Positions 50,152 to 64,000 of a stretch of DNA of 64,000 bases are shown here, piece by piece; the stretch's first letter is position 1; the number at the start of each line of letters is the position of its first letter. The position numbers were made by a program, and so were the translations under genes. Source of the DNA: the human T2T-CHM13v2.0 reference genome, Homo sapiens; assembly GCF_009914755.1 (NCBI RefSeq), contig NC_060934.1; one strand, 5' to 3'. Under the pieces are notes generated by a model. The model did not search any database, had not been told where the DNA came from, and worked only from the letters and a program-made list of their open reading frames with translations.

Positions 50152-50859
50152 TCAGTCTACCCAGCCAGAGACGACCGCTGCGCGTCCTCCGTCAGATGGC
50201 AAAGCCACGACTTTGTGCCGACCTACAGAACGCCAGTTAATCTTGGGAATCTGAAATGATTCATTTTATTTAGCAAAGTGTTTTCAATTCCTTCAAGATT
50301 GGTGCTTGTCTAAACCATTTGCTCTGAGTGAGTTGTAAGGAATCAGGCACGAAGCACCTTAAATACCTCAGGCTCAGGGTGTTTTGAACAGGCCTTGCAG
50401 GCCGGCAGAGGCCGTCTCCTCCTACCCAGAGAGCAGCGCTGTGGACCTTGCTGAGCTGGTGACCTGTCATCTCCAGCCCTTCTCCGGGAAACCCCTTCTA
50501 TAGGAAACAAATTTCTCACTTCCCCAGCACCTAAGTGCCATCATTCTGTCCGGTGAGATGAAAGTGGAAATATCTCCATCTTCTGGGGAAAGCTTTCATT
50601 TTCTTGGTGAAAGGAAAAACACAGCTGCTGCGACTCCTGTGTCCCTGGTTTCAACCTTGAACTGGGGCCCGGTGCCTGGAGATGCAGGGGAGGGCTCAGA
50701 CCGTGAGCAACTCCAGCCCACTGCAGTGGGTGGACTAGAACATTATCCAGCCTCTGCACCAGTCCTGGACTGCTCACCCTGACTTCTACAAGAAAAAGAA
50801 ATCCCTTTTTGTTAAGTCACAGTAAGTTGGGGTTTCTGTTACTTAACAGATGTACACTT

Positions 50860-51156
<297 letters not shown>

Positions 51157-51370
51157 CAGACCTATACCTAACGGATAGGGAATTTGGTATCTGAGAGCCA
51201 GTGGCTCCAGGGGACAGACACTAATGTACGGCGTTGGCTAAGAGGAGGTCCAGTGGTGGGGCGGGGACCCAACTCCTTCAGCCTGGAAAATCAGGGTCCT
51301 GCTTGATGGTGAATGCTCAGTTGCATGCTCACCTGTTGTGAGACCTAGAGACTAAAGCTGTAGCGTAAAA

Positions 51371-51590
51371 CAGTGGTTCCCAAACCTTTCTGGCACCAGG
51401 GACCAATTTTGTAGAAGACAGTTTTCCACGTACCAGGGTTGAGGGACAGTCTGGGGATGATTCAGGAGCATTACATTTATTGTGCACTTTATTTCTATTA
51501 TTGATACATTGTAATATGCAATGACATAATTAAACAACTCACCATAATGTAGAATCAGTGGCAGCCCTAAGCCTGTTTTCCTGCAACTAG
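51371..51590 (+). mobile_element. MER1B-like hAT DNA transposon, 3' truncated
   Basis: CAGTGGTTCCCAAACCTTTCTGGCACCAGGGACC...CAACTCACCATAATGTAGAATCAGTGG...CCTGCAACTAG. Confidence 0.8.
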
Positions 51591-51915
51591 GGCCAGCCTC
51601 CAGGAGACAGAAGAGGAGGTGGGCAGGTCACCAGGGCCAGCCTCCAGGAGACAGAAGAGGAGGTGGGCAGGTCACCAGGGCCAGCCTCCAGGAGACAGAA
51701 GAGGAGGTGGGCAGGTCACAAGGGCCAGCCTCCAGGAGACAGAAGAGGAGGTGGGCAGGTCACCAGGGCCAGCCTCCAGGAGACAAAAGAGGAGGTGGGC
51801 AGGTCACAAGGGCCAGCCTCTGGGAAACAGAAGAGGAGGTGGGCAGGTCACCAGGGCCAGCCTCCAGCAGACAGAAGAGGAGGTGGGCAGGTCACCAGGG
51901 CCAGTCTCTGGGAGA
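51589..51915. repeat. 44-bp minisatellite/VNTR, about 7.4 copies
   Basis: Unit AGGGCCAGCCTCCAGGAGACAGAAGAGGAGGTGGGCAGGTCACC starting at 51589, 51633, 51677, 51721, 51765, 51809, 51853, with a partial copy at 51897. Confidence 0.96.
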
Positions 51916-52047
51916 GGGAAGGTGTTAGGTTGGATGATGTGTGGAGAGAAGGCCTTTGCTATGGCTGCTTGAGCATGGGACCAAACAGAATAGACCAGGA
52001 ATTTACAGCTAGATGTGTAAGGTAATTACATTGTCCAAGAAACCAAA

Positions 52048-52345
52048 GGGTGCAGTGGTTCACTCCTGTAATCCCAGCACCTTGGGAGACCAAGGTGGGA
52101 GAATCACTTGAGCCCAGGAGTTTGAAACCAGCCTGGGCAACATGGTGAGAGCCCATCTCTAAAAAAAATAAAATTAACTGGGTGCAGTGGCACATGCCTG
52201 CTGTGGTCCCGGCTATGCAGGAGGCTGAGGTGGGAGGATCACCTGAGCCCCAGAGGTCGAGGCTGTAGTGAGCTATGATTGCACTGCTGCACGCCAGCCT
52301 GGCCAACAGAGTGAAACCCTATCTCAAAAACAGCAACAAAGAACA
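52048..52345 (+). mobile_element. Alu (AluJ-like)
   Basis: Dimer. Confidence 0.9.
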
Positions 52346-53598
52346 AAGCAGCCCTCAGGCTGGCTAGCAGTAGCCCCTGTCTGTTCAGGCCGTGAAGCCA
52401 TCTGCAGCCCCTGAACCCATACTCAAGAACTGAACTGCAAAACCCTATGTTCTCCATCAGGGGTGTCCCGCCCAGGGCCCTGCTTGGATGAGGTCTTGGA
52501 GGACCCTCCCAGAGACCAGGGAAGTCAGTGGGAAGGTCTGATACGAGGTGCCAGGCTGGCTCACTGGGGAGCTTGCTGTATCGCCAGGGCAGGGAGACCT
52601 CACTGCTCCTTCCAGCGGGATCTCGCGTGTGACTCGTTTTGTCTTCCCATCCTCTGAGTTTCTGAAGGGGGATTGTATTGCAATGGTCTGTTTCCTCTTC
52701 CACCATTCCTTACTGCATGTGTTGATGATGGACTACAAGTCTTTGGGCTATAGCTGGTGGGATCATGAGGAGCTCCCTCTGGACCCCAGGCGGACGCCTG
52801 CACCTCATCTGGATATGCAGGACTCGGGAAGGTGGATGCCATGGCTCAGGTGGTCTTGAGGGTGGCCCTCCAAGCCTTTGGCGGGGGCAGTGTGTTCTCT
52901 AGAAAGAGGTGCACTGGGGCTGACCTGGGAAAAGACCAACCCGATTCACATTCCCAAACCCTTTCTTGTATTTAACTTTTCAGAAACGTTCCATCTGCTC
53001 TCTCTCAGCACCACTTTGCAGCTAATCAAGAAGACGCAAGCAGACATCCACTGGGGGTGGGGAGGAGTTCCGAGAGTGCTGAGCCTTCCGGATTAAAGGG
53101 ACATACGCTGCTGCCCGAATCCCAAATGCAGCGTGATGCCACTACCGCAGCCCAGCTGCAGCCTTGAGGAAGAGGGTGCAGGAGCTACAGAGGCTGTCCT
53201 TGACATGATTCAGCCTTCAAAGCAGGATTAACTGCTGCTGCCTCCAGACCTTCCTGTTTTGTGAGAAAAACAAATCCCAATGTGTTTAAGCCTCCATGAG
53301 TCAGGTTCTCATTTACATGTAGCCGAAAGCATTTCTGAAGGGTGCAAACACACTCGAAAGATAAGATTCTACCCCATCAGCAAAAACCATTAGGTGAAGT
53401 TGATGAACATTTTTCAGTCAACACTGGTTTCATGTTAACAGCTTAGTGATCTTCCCAGGGGGTGAGATTTGGGGTGCACTGAGGAGGCCTCCCTACCTAA
53501 AATAATTCCAGCAGTCCTGTTATTGATGCCTGAACTTCTACATGCAGAGCCACACGCAATCTGCGTGGTATGCACACACATGCACACACAGCTGTTAG

Positions 53599-54029
<431 letters not shown>

Positions 54030-54465
54030 AGCCAAATCTATTTGTAACAGATTTCACTTTCAGAAAATTTCTCCATGTAATCCAAATCTTTCATTTTCTA
54101 GTACAGACCTCTTTCCCCTTAGCACTCTGTTCTTGATGACTTAGAAGTGTCGTTTCTCTTCACATCATTTGCACGTCATTCCTTCCTGTCTCCAGCTTCT
54201 TCTTCCCAGCCCTCCTCCTCCTCTGCACACAGGAAACCTCATTCTGTGGTGTGAACAGGGGGATTCCCGTCTTCCTGAAGCGACTTAGTCTTGAGCTGCC
54301 TGTGCCCTTCCCATCACAGTGAATGTTGCCAGTTGGGGATGACTGGGCAGCCATGGGGAAGGTGAGCAGAGGGCAGAGGAGTCCAAGCCCCTGAGGTGGA
54401 GGTGGGAGCAGGGAGAGCTGCAGGCTCAGCTGCTGGGGCAGTAGGAGGAGAGCCAGGACCTGGAG

Positions 54466-54467
<2 letters not shown>

Positions 54468-54507
<40 letters not shown>
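54468..54507. repeat. (GT)20 microsatellite
   Basis: Read directly. Confidence 0.95.
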
Positions 54508-54508
<1 letters not shown>

Positions 54509-54685
54509 TGTGTGATTGTGAGTGTGTGTGTGTGGTGCGGTCAGTGGGGAGCGGGGGAGTCTTTTATCTTTACCACTTGTTTGTCTGATTAACCTACTTT
54601 TCTTGGTTTCTAGGGAAAGAGCAAAAAAATTTTTTCTTTCTCTGAGACAGGGAGTAAAGCACGTGGCATCAAGACTGCAGCAGAA

Positions 54686-55061
<376 letters not shown>

Positions 55062-56100
55062 TCACCTTCAACCTCTGTGCTGGGATCCATCAATTCCCTT
55101 CCCATTTGACTGTCAAATCAGAAGGGTCTTTGCTAATTTCAGCATAAATTGGGAGAAAGCTGACCTCGATTTAGCTGGAATGACAGCAATGACTAATTTG
55201 TACACCAGAATTAATAAAGCTAGCTCTTGCCCCACAGGGAGAGAAAGATGATGTGGTTTTCTTGCATCTGCCCTAACTGAGATTGCTTTTTGGCAAGGAT
55301 AGAGAAATGCTCATTCTCCACACTCCCAGGAGGGGGTCTGCTGACAGCTCCTGGACTGTCACCTGAATTGAGGTGTGACTGGGCCAGGGGTGTCCCAAGC
55401 CAACCAGCCAGGCACCTGGACGGGTGGGCTCTTGACCCCCTGAGACCACCATGGTCTTCGAAGGAGAGTCAGCAGGTCTGGAAGCAAGCGTGCTGGGGAC
55501 CCCTTCCCCGTGGGGGGCCAGGAGCTCCTGTTATAAGAGCTCCAACAGGCCTCCGTATTTTCTGTCCCTTTTACAGGCAAGAATTCAATTCTGGGTCCTG
55601 AGCAGGGGTTGTCCCGGTCAATAAGCAACTTCAGTTCCTCGGGACAGGACCCCAGACTTGCTGGTAATGACATCGTTGTTTCTTTACCAGATAAGTCTCT
55701 CTTAACCCTGGAAAAGTCTGTTTACACAGAGGAGTGTGAAACCAACTCATACTTTTGATATTTTGGGGTTACGTTTAGGCAATCTTTACATATTTGATAT
55801 TTTAAGAAGTTGCTGTTTTAAGAGGATGTGGCATATTTTAACTTGTAATTTTAAATGCAATGAATGGACTGGCCTCTTGATTCCAATTCAAAATATGTGA
55901 TTGGGTAATTGATATAGATTTGTGATTTAAACTCAGATATTCAACGCCAATGTATTAAGATTGTAGGCAGTATGGGAACATTTAAAAAAACCAGAGATTC
56001 GCCAGAGTTAGTTGTTAAGCACTTGAGAATGCTTGTGAATAAATTAAAGTATTTAAAAGTATAAAGTATTAATATTATAAATGCAGTTTAAAAATTTTAA

Positions 56101-56398
56101 GGCAGCAAGTGCGTTGGCTCATGCCTCTAATCCTAGCACTTTGGGAGGCTGAGGCGGGCGGATTGCCTGAGCTCAGGAGTTTGAGACCAGCCCGGGCAAC
56201 CTGGTGAACCCCTGTCTTCACTAAAATAAAAAAATTAGCCAGGCATGGCGGTGTGCGCCTGCCCATAGTCTCAGCTACTCAGAAGGCTGAGACAGGAAAA
56301 TCGCTTGGACCCAGGAGTGGAGGTTGCAGTGAGCAGAGATCACGCCACTGCATTCCAGCCTGGGTGACAGAGCAAGACTCTGTCTCCAAAAGAAAAAA
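56101..56398 (+). mobile_element. Alu
   Basis: Dimer. Confidence 0.9.
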
Positions 56399-56499
56399 TT
56401 TCAAGGACATTTAAATAAATAAATTTCTGAATGGGAACAGTCATCAAAGTTTTCCTTAACAATGACTGTTCGATGTTTTCTGTATTATAAAATAAAGTT

Positions 56500-57133
56500 A
56501 TACATGGATGGAGCTGGAGGCCATTATCCTAAGCGAACCAACACAGGAACAGAAAACCAGATACCGCATGTTCTTGCTTGTCAGTGGGAGCTAAACACTG
56601 AGGACACAAGGACACAAAGGAGGGAACAACAGATACCGGGGCCTCCTTGAGGGTGGAGGGTGGGAGGAGGGTGAGGACCAAAAAGCTATCTGTCAGCCGG
56701 GCGCGGCGGCTCACACCTGCAATCCCAGCACTTTGGGAGGCTAAGGAGGGCAGACCGCTTGAGTTCAGGAGTTTGAGACCAGCCTGGGCAACATGGCGAA
56801 ACCCCATCTCTACAAAAACTTAACATTAGCCAGATGTGATGCTGCATGCCCTTGGTCCCAGCTATTAGGGAGGCTGAGGTGGGAGGATTGCCTGAGGTAG
56901 AGGCTGCAGTGAGCCATGATCATGCCACTGCACTCCAGCCTGGGTGACCGAGCAAGACCCTGCCTCAAATTTAAAAAAAATAATAAAAAAGAAGGCTACC
57001 TGTTGGGTACTATGCTTATAATTTAGGTAACAAAATAATCTGTACGCCAAACCCCTGTGACATACAATTTACCCATATAACAGATCTGTACATGTATCCC
57101 TGAACCTAAAATAAAAGTTAAAAATAAATAAAT
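56500..57133 (+). mobile_element. L1PA(15/16-like) 3' end with nested Alu (56696-56992)
   Basis: CATGGATGGAGCTGGAGGCCATTATCCTAAG..GTGGGAGCTAAAC..CCCTGAACCTAAAATAAAAG. Confidence 0.85.
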
Positions 57134-57188
57134 GTAGGACTGCAAAAGGCTTATTGCAAAAAAAGTTAAAGTTAAGAATAAATAAATA

Positions 57189-57612
57189 GGCTGGGTGCAG
57201 GCCGGGCGTGGTGGTTCACGCCTATAATCCCAGCACTTTGGGAGGCTGAGGCAGGCAGATCACCTGAGGTCAGGAGTTTGAGACCAGCCTAGCCAACATG
57301 GTGAAACCCCGTCTCTACTAAAAATACAAACATTAGCCGGGTGTGGTGGCACATGCCTGTAATCCCAGCTACTCGGCAGGCAGAGGCAGGAGAATCGCTT
57401 GAACCTGGTGGAGGTTGCAGTGAGCCAAGATTGCGCCAATTCACTCCAGCCTGAGCTGGAGAAAAATCTATTTTGTTAAGCAGGAGAATCCTATTTTGTT
57501 AAGCAGGAGAATCGCTTAAACCTGGGAGGCGGAGGTTGCAGTGAGCTGAGATTGTGCCACTGCTCTCCAGCCTGGGTGACAGAGCGAGACTGTCTCAAAA
57601 AAAAAAAAAAAA
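57189..57612 (+). mobile_element. rearranged Alu with a duplicated right arm
   Basis: Alu, then a 23-bp tandem duplication, then a second right-arm end and poly-A. Confidence 0.88.
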
Positions 57613-58949
57613 GGGCATTTGCTCCTCACATTTGGCCACTGATGAACACTGTCTGCATGTTACAGGTGAGGAAACAGGTGGAGGAAGGGAGTGCCCGGAG
57701 CAGAGGCCCCGCCCCGCCCCCACGGCCTGGCTCTCCCGCCTGGTTTAGTTTGGCCTCTAAAGCGTCCTCATTACAAGCAAAGTGCAGCCCCACCACAGAG
57801 AATCCCGTTTCTCTCTGGGAGTGCTTATGTGATTAATTTGAAGTCACCATGACTCTGATTTCCTCTGCAGAATTCAGCAGCGTATTCCAGGATTCCAGGA
57901 GCGCAATGCAGTAGAAAGCAACCACTTGGCCCAGGAGACTGAGACTAATTTCTGGGAAAGAGGCAGCCAGGCTCCTCGGCCTTATGCAGGTCATGAAGAC
58001 TCAGTACATTGAAATTGAAGGTCCTCAGTTCCCAGCTAAGCGAGCCTCCAAGGACTGTGACGTCCCAACCTTCGGATGAGGATGGAGGCGGGAGGAGACA
58101 CAGCGCCGGCCAGGAGACCTGGTGTTGGGGCTCTGCCCCTGGTCTGGCTGAGCAATCCGGGCAAGTCACTACCCTGGCCGAGGCCAGCTTTGTCGGCAGA
58201 GAAATGGGTGAATGCTGCCTCCGCTTGAATCCAGAGTTTGTCAGGATGCTATGGAAAAAATTATATGAAGGTTCTTTGCAACATTAAAAAAAATAATAAA
58301 ATAAAATAAACCTGTTGCATATTTGCCAGGGGCTGAGCTTTCTGAGAGTGGACAGGGAACAGCTGAGCGTGCTTGACGGCTCTGGGGTCCTCAGGGCCTC
58401 CGTCTCCCCTGTGACACTGTCCTGGGCTCAGCGGGCTGTGGAGGCCCCAAGTGACGCTGTGAACAGCTGGCAAGAGCCTTTCCCGGACTCTACAGCCTCC
58501 CTGTGGCCCCTCGTTCCTTATGAAGGAAGGGATGGCTGCCCGACCTGTGGGTCCTGGGCACTGTCCTGCTCCCCTGGTTGTGGAGTTGCCAGGACGGCGG
58601 GACAATCAACACAACGCTCTTCTTCTTCTGTCGGGGACATCACCACAGAGAAGAAAAGAGCCTCTCCCTAGAGAGAAATCCTGATGTCTGAAACTTCAGC
58701 TGAATGGAGGAGAAAGGATAATTCATCACCTTTCCCCAGAGCCAGGGCAGCACGTAGGAGCTGCGTTTTGAGGGGAGGATGACAGAAAGAGTGCACACAG
58801 CACACCAGCTGTGCTAGGGCTGGGCCAGGCCAACCGTGGGCCCTTGGGGAGCCCATGCCCCCCACCAGCAGCCTGCTGCCAGGTTCCTGGGCCCGTGTGT
58901 GCGCCTCCTCCCAGGTGTTCAGCTCGGCTCTGACCTAGGAGCTGCCAGG

Positions 58950-59470
58950 AAGGGCTGTGCAGATGGAATTAAGGTCCCCATGAGTTGACTGTAAGATGGG
59001 AGATTGCTGGGGGCCGGAGTCCTTTAAGGCAGAGAGCTTTCTCCTGCAGGACCCAGAAGAAGACATCAGTGTTCAAAGCACGAGAAAGATCCAACCTGCC
59101 CTTGCCCCTGCGGAAGGAGGAGCCACGTGGCATGGAACGAGGGTGGCCTCTAGGAGTGACCCCGCTGACAGCCAGCGAGGAAATGGGGACCCTATTCCCA
59201 CTCCACAGGAACTGAATTGTGCCCACAAGGAGGAGCTGGGAAGTGGAGTTTTCTCCAGAGGTTCCTGATGAGAACTCAGCTAGTCAGCACCTTGATCTCC
59301 GCTGGGCGAGGTCTGTGCAGAGCCACAGGCAGGCAGTGTGACTTCTAACCTTCAGAATCGGGAGCTAATGAAGGGGTGGGGCTTAAACCACAAAATTTCT
59401 GTGTGTGTGTGTGTGTGTTTTTTTGTTTTTTTAAAAAAAGAACACTACATAGCAATAGAAAGTAAACGAA
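58950..59470 (+). mobile_element. MLT1 (D/E-like) solo LTR
   Basis: GCAGATGGAATTAAGGTC..GCTGACAGCCAGCGAGGAAATGGGGACC..GAACTGAATT..ATAGCAATAGAAA. Confidence 0.75.
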
Positions 59471-59522
59471 CATCCCCTGCATTAAATTGCACATGTATTG
59501 AAGTTCAGTAGATGTAAATTAG

Positions 59523-59855
<333 letters not shown>

Positions 59856-60999
59856 CTGAAAGCATTTATTTTGAAACAATTTCAAACTGAAAAACACCTC
59901 TATCCTCTTCTCCCACACTGACCAATTGTTCCTCACCAGTTGTCTATGTATTTGCTAAATCATTCTGTGTGTGTGTATCATGTGCGAGTGCGTATTTTTT
60001 TTCTGAGCCATCTGAGCCCATTTACCCCTACAAAGAAAGAAATTCATTTATATAAGCACATAAAAAATTCAACCCTGATGAAATGTCTATTCTATAGACC
60101 TAATGTGAAGTATGAATATGCCCACTTTACAGACGGACAAACTAAGGTGGAAAAGTTACATGCCTTACCCAAAGCCACACAAATGGTAAGTGGCAAAACC
60201 AGGTTCCACCTTGAAATCCTGGGCTCTTTTCCTTGTGTTCTGTCCGTTTCAATTGGGGTCCAGTCGGAACAAGATAAACTACTCTGGGTGTTTCGAAGAG
60301 CTGAGATTTAATATAGGAAGCCCTGTAACTGTAGGAAGCCAAAGCTATTCCTTTGGGGGACTCAGAGAGGGGAATGGTGTCACCCAACAGCCCAAGAATG
60401 TACTCAGCACCCCAGCTCTCAAAGCTTCAGGAAGGGAGAGACCCCCTCCACCTCCTGCTGAGCAGGAGCCCAGGAGCCGCCCCCTGCACCCCGGGCTGAC
60501 CTGCCAGAGCCTGAAGTCACCAGCTTCCCGTCACTGCTCAAGCGAAGTGGGGGTCTGAATTCACAGCTTCGCCATCAGCTATTGGGGGACCCGCACGAGT
60601 CATTTAGCCTGCGAATGCCTCATTCCTCTGTAAAATGGGGCATCTGGTTTAGATGAGCTGTAAGTTTCATTCCAGTTCTGAAATGACTAATTCTTCCCTC
60701 ATTGTGTTCTTTGACTTTGAACAACTCATGCCTCTGTTTTGCGCCTCCTCTTTTTCAGTAGCCTCTTTAGATCCGATAGCAGTCCAAGGGGAGGCAAGGG
60801 AGCCTGGGGTGGTGGAGGACACCCGCGATGACCAACCCGTGTGCTTGCCACGGCTGGCTTCTGCTCCAAAGGCACCCTCTCCTCTTCTCCACACCCCATC
60901 CCCTCTTCTTTCTCTCTTGCTCCTCATCTGAGCTCCTTTCCTAGGTTGGGGAATTCCCCACCTTACAGACTTATTTTAGTTAGTTATTCATAACTAGGT

Positions 61000-61367
61000 A
61001 TGTCTTACCATGGAGGCAGCAGTAGCTGCTGAAACCATCAGATACTTCCCCAGCCTTCCCTGCAGCTAAGGGGGTGAGGTTGAGACCTCCACGGGGGGAG
61101 CCAGAAGCTCCTGCCCAGCCTCTTAAGGTAACTCAAGAGACAAAGGAGCAGGCTCAAGAGGCGGTGCCCCCATGCGGATCTAGCGTCCTGAGTTTGCCAG
61201 AGCCGCCCTCTGATGTGAATTTGGCCAGAGTTCTGGCAGCTTTGGCTAGTTCTCCTGACTTTCTCCCAAACCTGTGAGCTACTCGATACCCTCCAATAAA
61301 TTCCTCTCTGATTTAATCACCCAGAGTTGGATCCCTAGCTTGCAGCCAAAACTCCTGACTGACACAC
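61000..61367 (+). mobile_element. ERVL-class LTR (LTR16-like)
   Basis: TTCCCAGCCTTCCCTGCAGCTAAG..AATAAATTCC..CAGAGTTGG..GCTTGCAGCCAAAACTCCTGACTGACACA. Confidence 0.6.
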
Positions 61368-61495
61368 ATGTTATCTCATGCAATGCTCACAGCCACCCTA
61401 GGGGCAGGTGTTATTATTGTCTCCATTTTACAGATGAGGAAACTGAGGCACAGTGAGGCCAAGGAGCTTGCATATGAAGTCACGTAGCTGTGAGG
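61368..61495 (-). mobile_element. MIR fragment
   Basis: CCATTTTACAGATGAGGAAACTGAGGCACAG MIR core. Confidence 0.75.
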
Positions 61496-61561
61496 GGCGG
61501 CAGCCCCCAGATTATGTCACCAATGCAGCCTAAGACGTGGCAGAAAATGCTTCAGGGATGA

Positions 61562-61882
61562 GGCCAGGTGTGGTGGCTCACACCTGTAATCCCAGCACTT
61601 CAGGAGGCCAAGGCAGGCAGATCACTTGAGCCTAGGAGTTCAAGACCAGCTTGGACAACATGGTGAAACCCCGTCTCTACCAAAAATACAAAAAATTAGC
61701 TGGGTGTGATGGCACATACCTGTGATCCCAGGTATCTGGGAAGCTGAGATGGGAGGACTGCTTGAGCCCGGGAGGTTGAGGCCGCAGTGAACGGTGATCA
61801 CGCCACTGCATTCATTCCAGCCTGGGCCACAGTCCTGTCTCAAAAACAAACAAACAAACAAACAAAAAACAAGAAGAAGAAA
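61562..61882 (+). mobile_element. Alu (AluJ-like)
   Basis: Dimer. Confidence 0.9.
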
Positions 61883-62103
61883 ATGCAGCAGTGACAAGAA
61901 ACTCCTGGTCACTCAGCACAGGCTTTTCCTGAGGACAGAGATGTGTGGTGAGAGCTTGTGCAGCCCCTCCTGTAGAACGAGAGCTGCTCCATCTCAGCTT
62001 CCTCTAGAAAGGTGACGTTTCCTATAGATTTTTGTTTTAAGCTTGGAGCAGAGGACCATACTGTACAAACAGCAAATTAGGAAAATTAAACTTACTGTTT
62101 TAG

Positions 62104-62422
<319 letters not shown>

Positions 62423-62479
62423 AATCTGAGAATGCATCCTCGTGGCTAAATGACTTATTATGACTTTATCCTTCGCTCA

Positions 62480-63440
62480 GCTTCCCTAAACGTCACATAA
62501 CCACAGCACAATTATCAAAATGTGAGAATTAATAACTGGCTAATAATCAGTGAATAATAATTAACTTGCATTTCATCAACTGTCCTATGAATAGCCTTTT
62601 GGGGGTTCAGGATCAGTCCAGGGTGCGGCTGTTGGTCATCATGTCTCTTCAGTCTCCTTGAATGTGGAACGCTTCCTCCACCCGCTTTGTCTTTCGTGAT
62701 TTGGACATTTCTGAGACGTCCTGGCTGGGTATTTTGTTGCACATCCCTTATTTTAGGTGTCTCATGTTGCCTTGCGATCAGATTCAGCGTATGCATTTTT
62801 GGCAGGAATACCACAGATGTGACTCGGTATCCTTTCCTATGAACCATGTCGGGAAGGACGTGACGTTGATTCCGCCCATTCCTGGTGAGGTCTGCCAGAT
62901 TTCTCCCCTATAAAGTTACCATTTTCCCCTTTGTAATGGATAATTGTCTGGTGGGGAGATGCTTTGAATCTGTCCATATCCTGTTTCTCATGGTATTTTG
63001 CCCACTAATTTTAACACCCACTGATGATTCTTCCCTGAAACAAGTACATTGTGGCATTCACCAAATGGTGATTTTTCTAGTTCCATGATTCCTTCTACAT
63101 GTATTGGTTGGAATTCTACTGTAAGGAAAAGCTTTCTCTCTTCCCTCATTCATTCATCTATTTATTTAAATCAGTATGGGCTCAAGATTCTTCTTTAATT
63201 CCATGGGTCACGATCCATCTACTACCATACTATCTTGTTCTTCAGACTGTCCCAGAAGAGCCCCTTCAGGTCAGCCCTGGTGTCTTTGGGACATGTCCCC
63301 ATCGTTTTGGGGCACCACAGATGCTCCCAGCTCATGTTGTGCTTTCCCACCCTAACCCTCTAACCCTCTGAGATCTCCTGGTTCCTTTAATTGGAGGATG
63401 GTATTTAGAATACCAAGACCTGGGAGGTAGATGCACTCAT
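62480..63440 (-). mobile_element. old L1 (L1MC4-like) 3' region
   Basis: CAGATTCAGCGTATGCATTTTTGGCAGGAATACCACA..TAAAGTTACCATTTTCCCCTTTGTAA..GGTATTTAGAATACCAAGACCTGG. Confidence 0.7.
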
Positions 63441-63444
63441 TTAC

Positions 63445-63788
63445 TTTCTTTTTTTCTTCTAGCTTGCTTGCTTGTTTGTTTGCTTGCTTGCTTTTTTGCT
63501 TCTTTTGAGACAGAGTCGTGCTCTGTCACCCAGGCTGGAGGGCAGTGGTACAATCTCGGCTCACTGTAATCTCCGCCTCCTGGGTTCAAGTGATTCTCAT
63601 GCCTCAGCCTCCTGAGTAGCTGGGATTACAGACGTGTGCCACCATGCCCAGCTAATTTTTGTATTTTTAGAAGAGACAGGGTTTCACCATGTTGGCCAGG
63701 CTGGTCTCAAACTCCCGACCTCAGGTGATCCACCTGCCTCGACTTCCCAAAAGGCTGGGATTACAGGCGTGAGCCACCGCGCCCGGCC
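63445..63788 (-). mobile_element. Alu
   Basis: Dimer; TSD tcatttactt. Confidence 0.92.
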
Positions 63789-64000
63789 TCATTTACTTAC
63801 TTGCAGTGTTCATAGTTCTCTCCGATGCTGTGAATCATGAATCCTTTCACAGTTACATGCATGTGCGTGCACACACACACGAATGGTCTGAGAGCCCATG
63901 CCCCAGCAGGTGGGGTTTCTCTTGTCCTGTCCTTCTCAGCTGTGGTGCCCACCCAGGCGCCCCCTCCTCCTCACTCTTCTTGGAGACCAGAGCTTCCTAT

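Noticed and set aside
51619-52025. Repetitive ORFs in three frames, and a superficial CRISPR-like periodicity
   Set aside because: Products of the 44-bp VNTR; units are contiguous with no unique spacers, there are no cas genes, and the DNA is eukaryotic

Overview
Primate, most likely human, genomic DNA containing the complete RBM17 (SPF45) splicing-factor gene on the + strand. The promoter is a CpG island at about 12.9-14.1 kb. A non-coding first exon is followed by 11 coding exons (21240-39721). I joined these by hand at GT-AG sites into a 1206-nt ORF encoding 401 aa, with a G-patch and a C-terminal UHM domain. A long 3' UTR carries several AATAAA signals. From prior knowledge this locus is 10p15.1, between IL2RA (left) and PFKFB3 (right); neither gene is visible in the window. 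The flanks are dominated by repeats: about 45 Alus, a decayed ERVL provirus whose PR-RT segment is inverted relative to its RNaseH-IN-dUTPase-LTR segment, a MaLR (MLT1) LTR-int-LTR element with a nested 44-bp VNTR, DNA transposon fossils and L1/MIR fragments. There is no prokaryotic-type system. Nearly all ORFs in the supplied track outside RBM17 exons are repeat-derived noise. The best candidate for an undescribed system is a post-transcriptional self-control architecture in RBM17. It comprises stop-codon (poison) cassette exons in intron 8, a duplicated branch point with a truncated pyrimidine tract at exon 9, junction-created uORFs ending 12 nt before the start codon, and a recursive-type AG|GT site at exon 6. 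There is also an inverted Alu pair sharing a private linker deletion. Repeat family names and boundaries are by eye and approximate.
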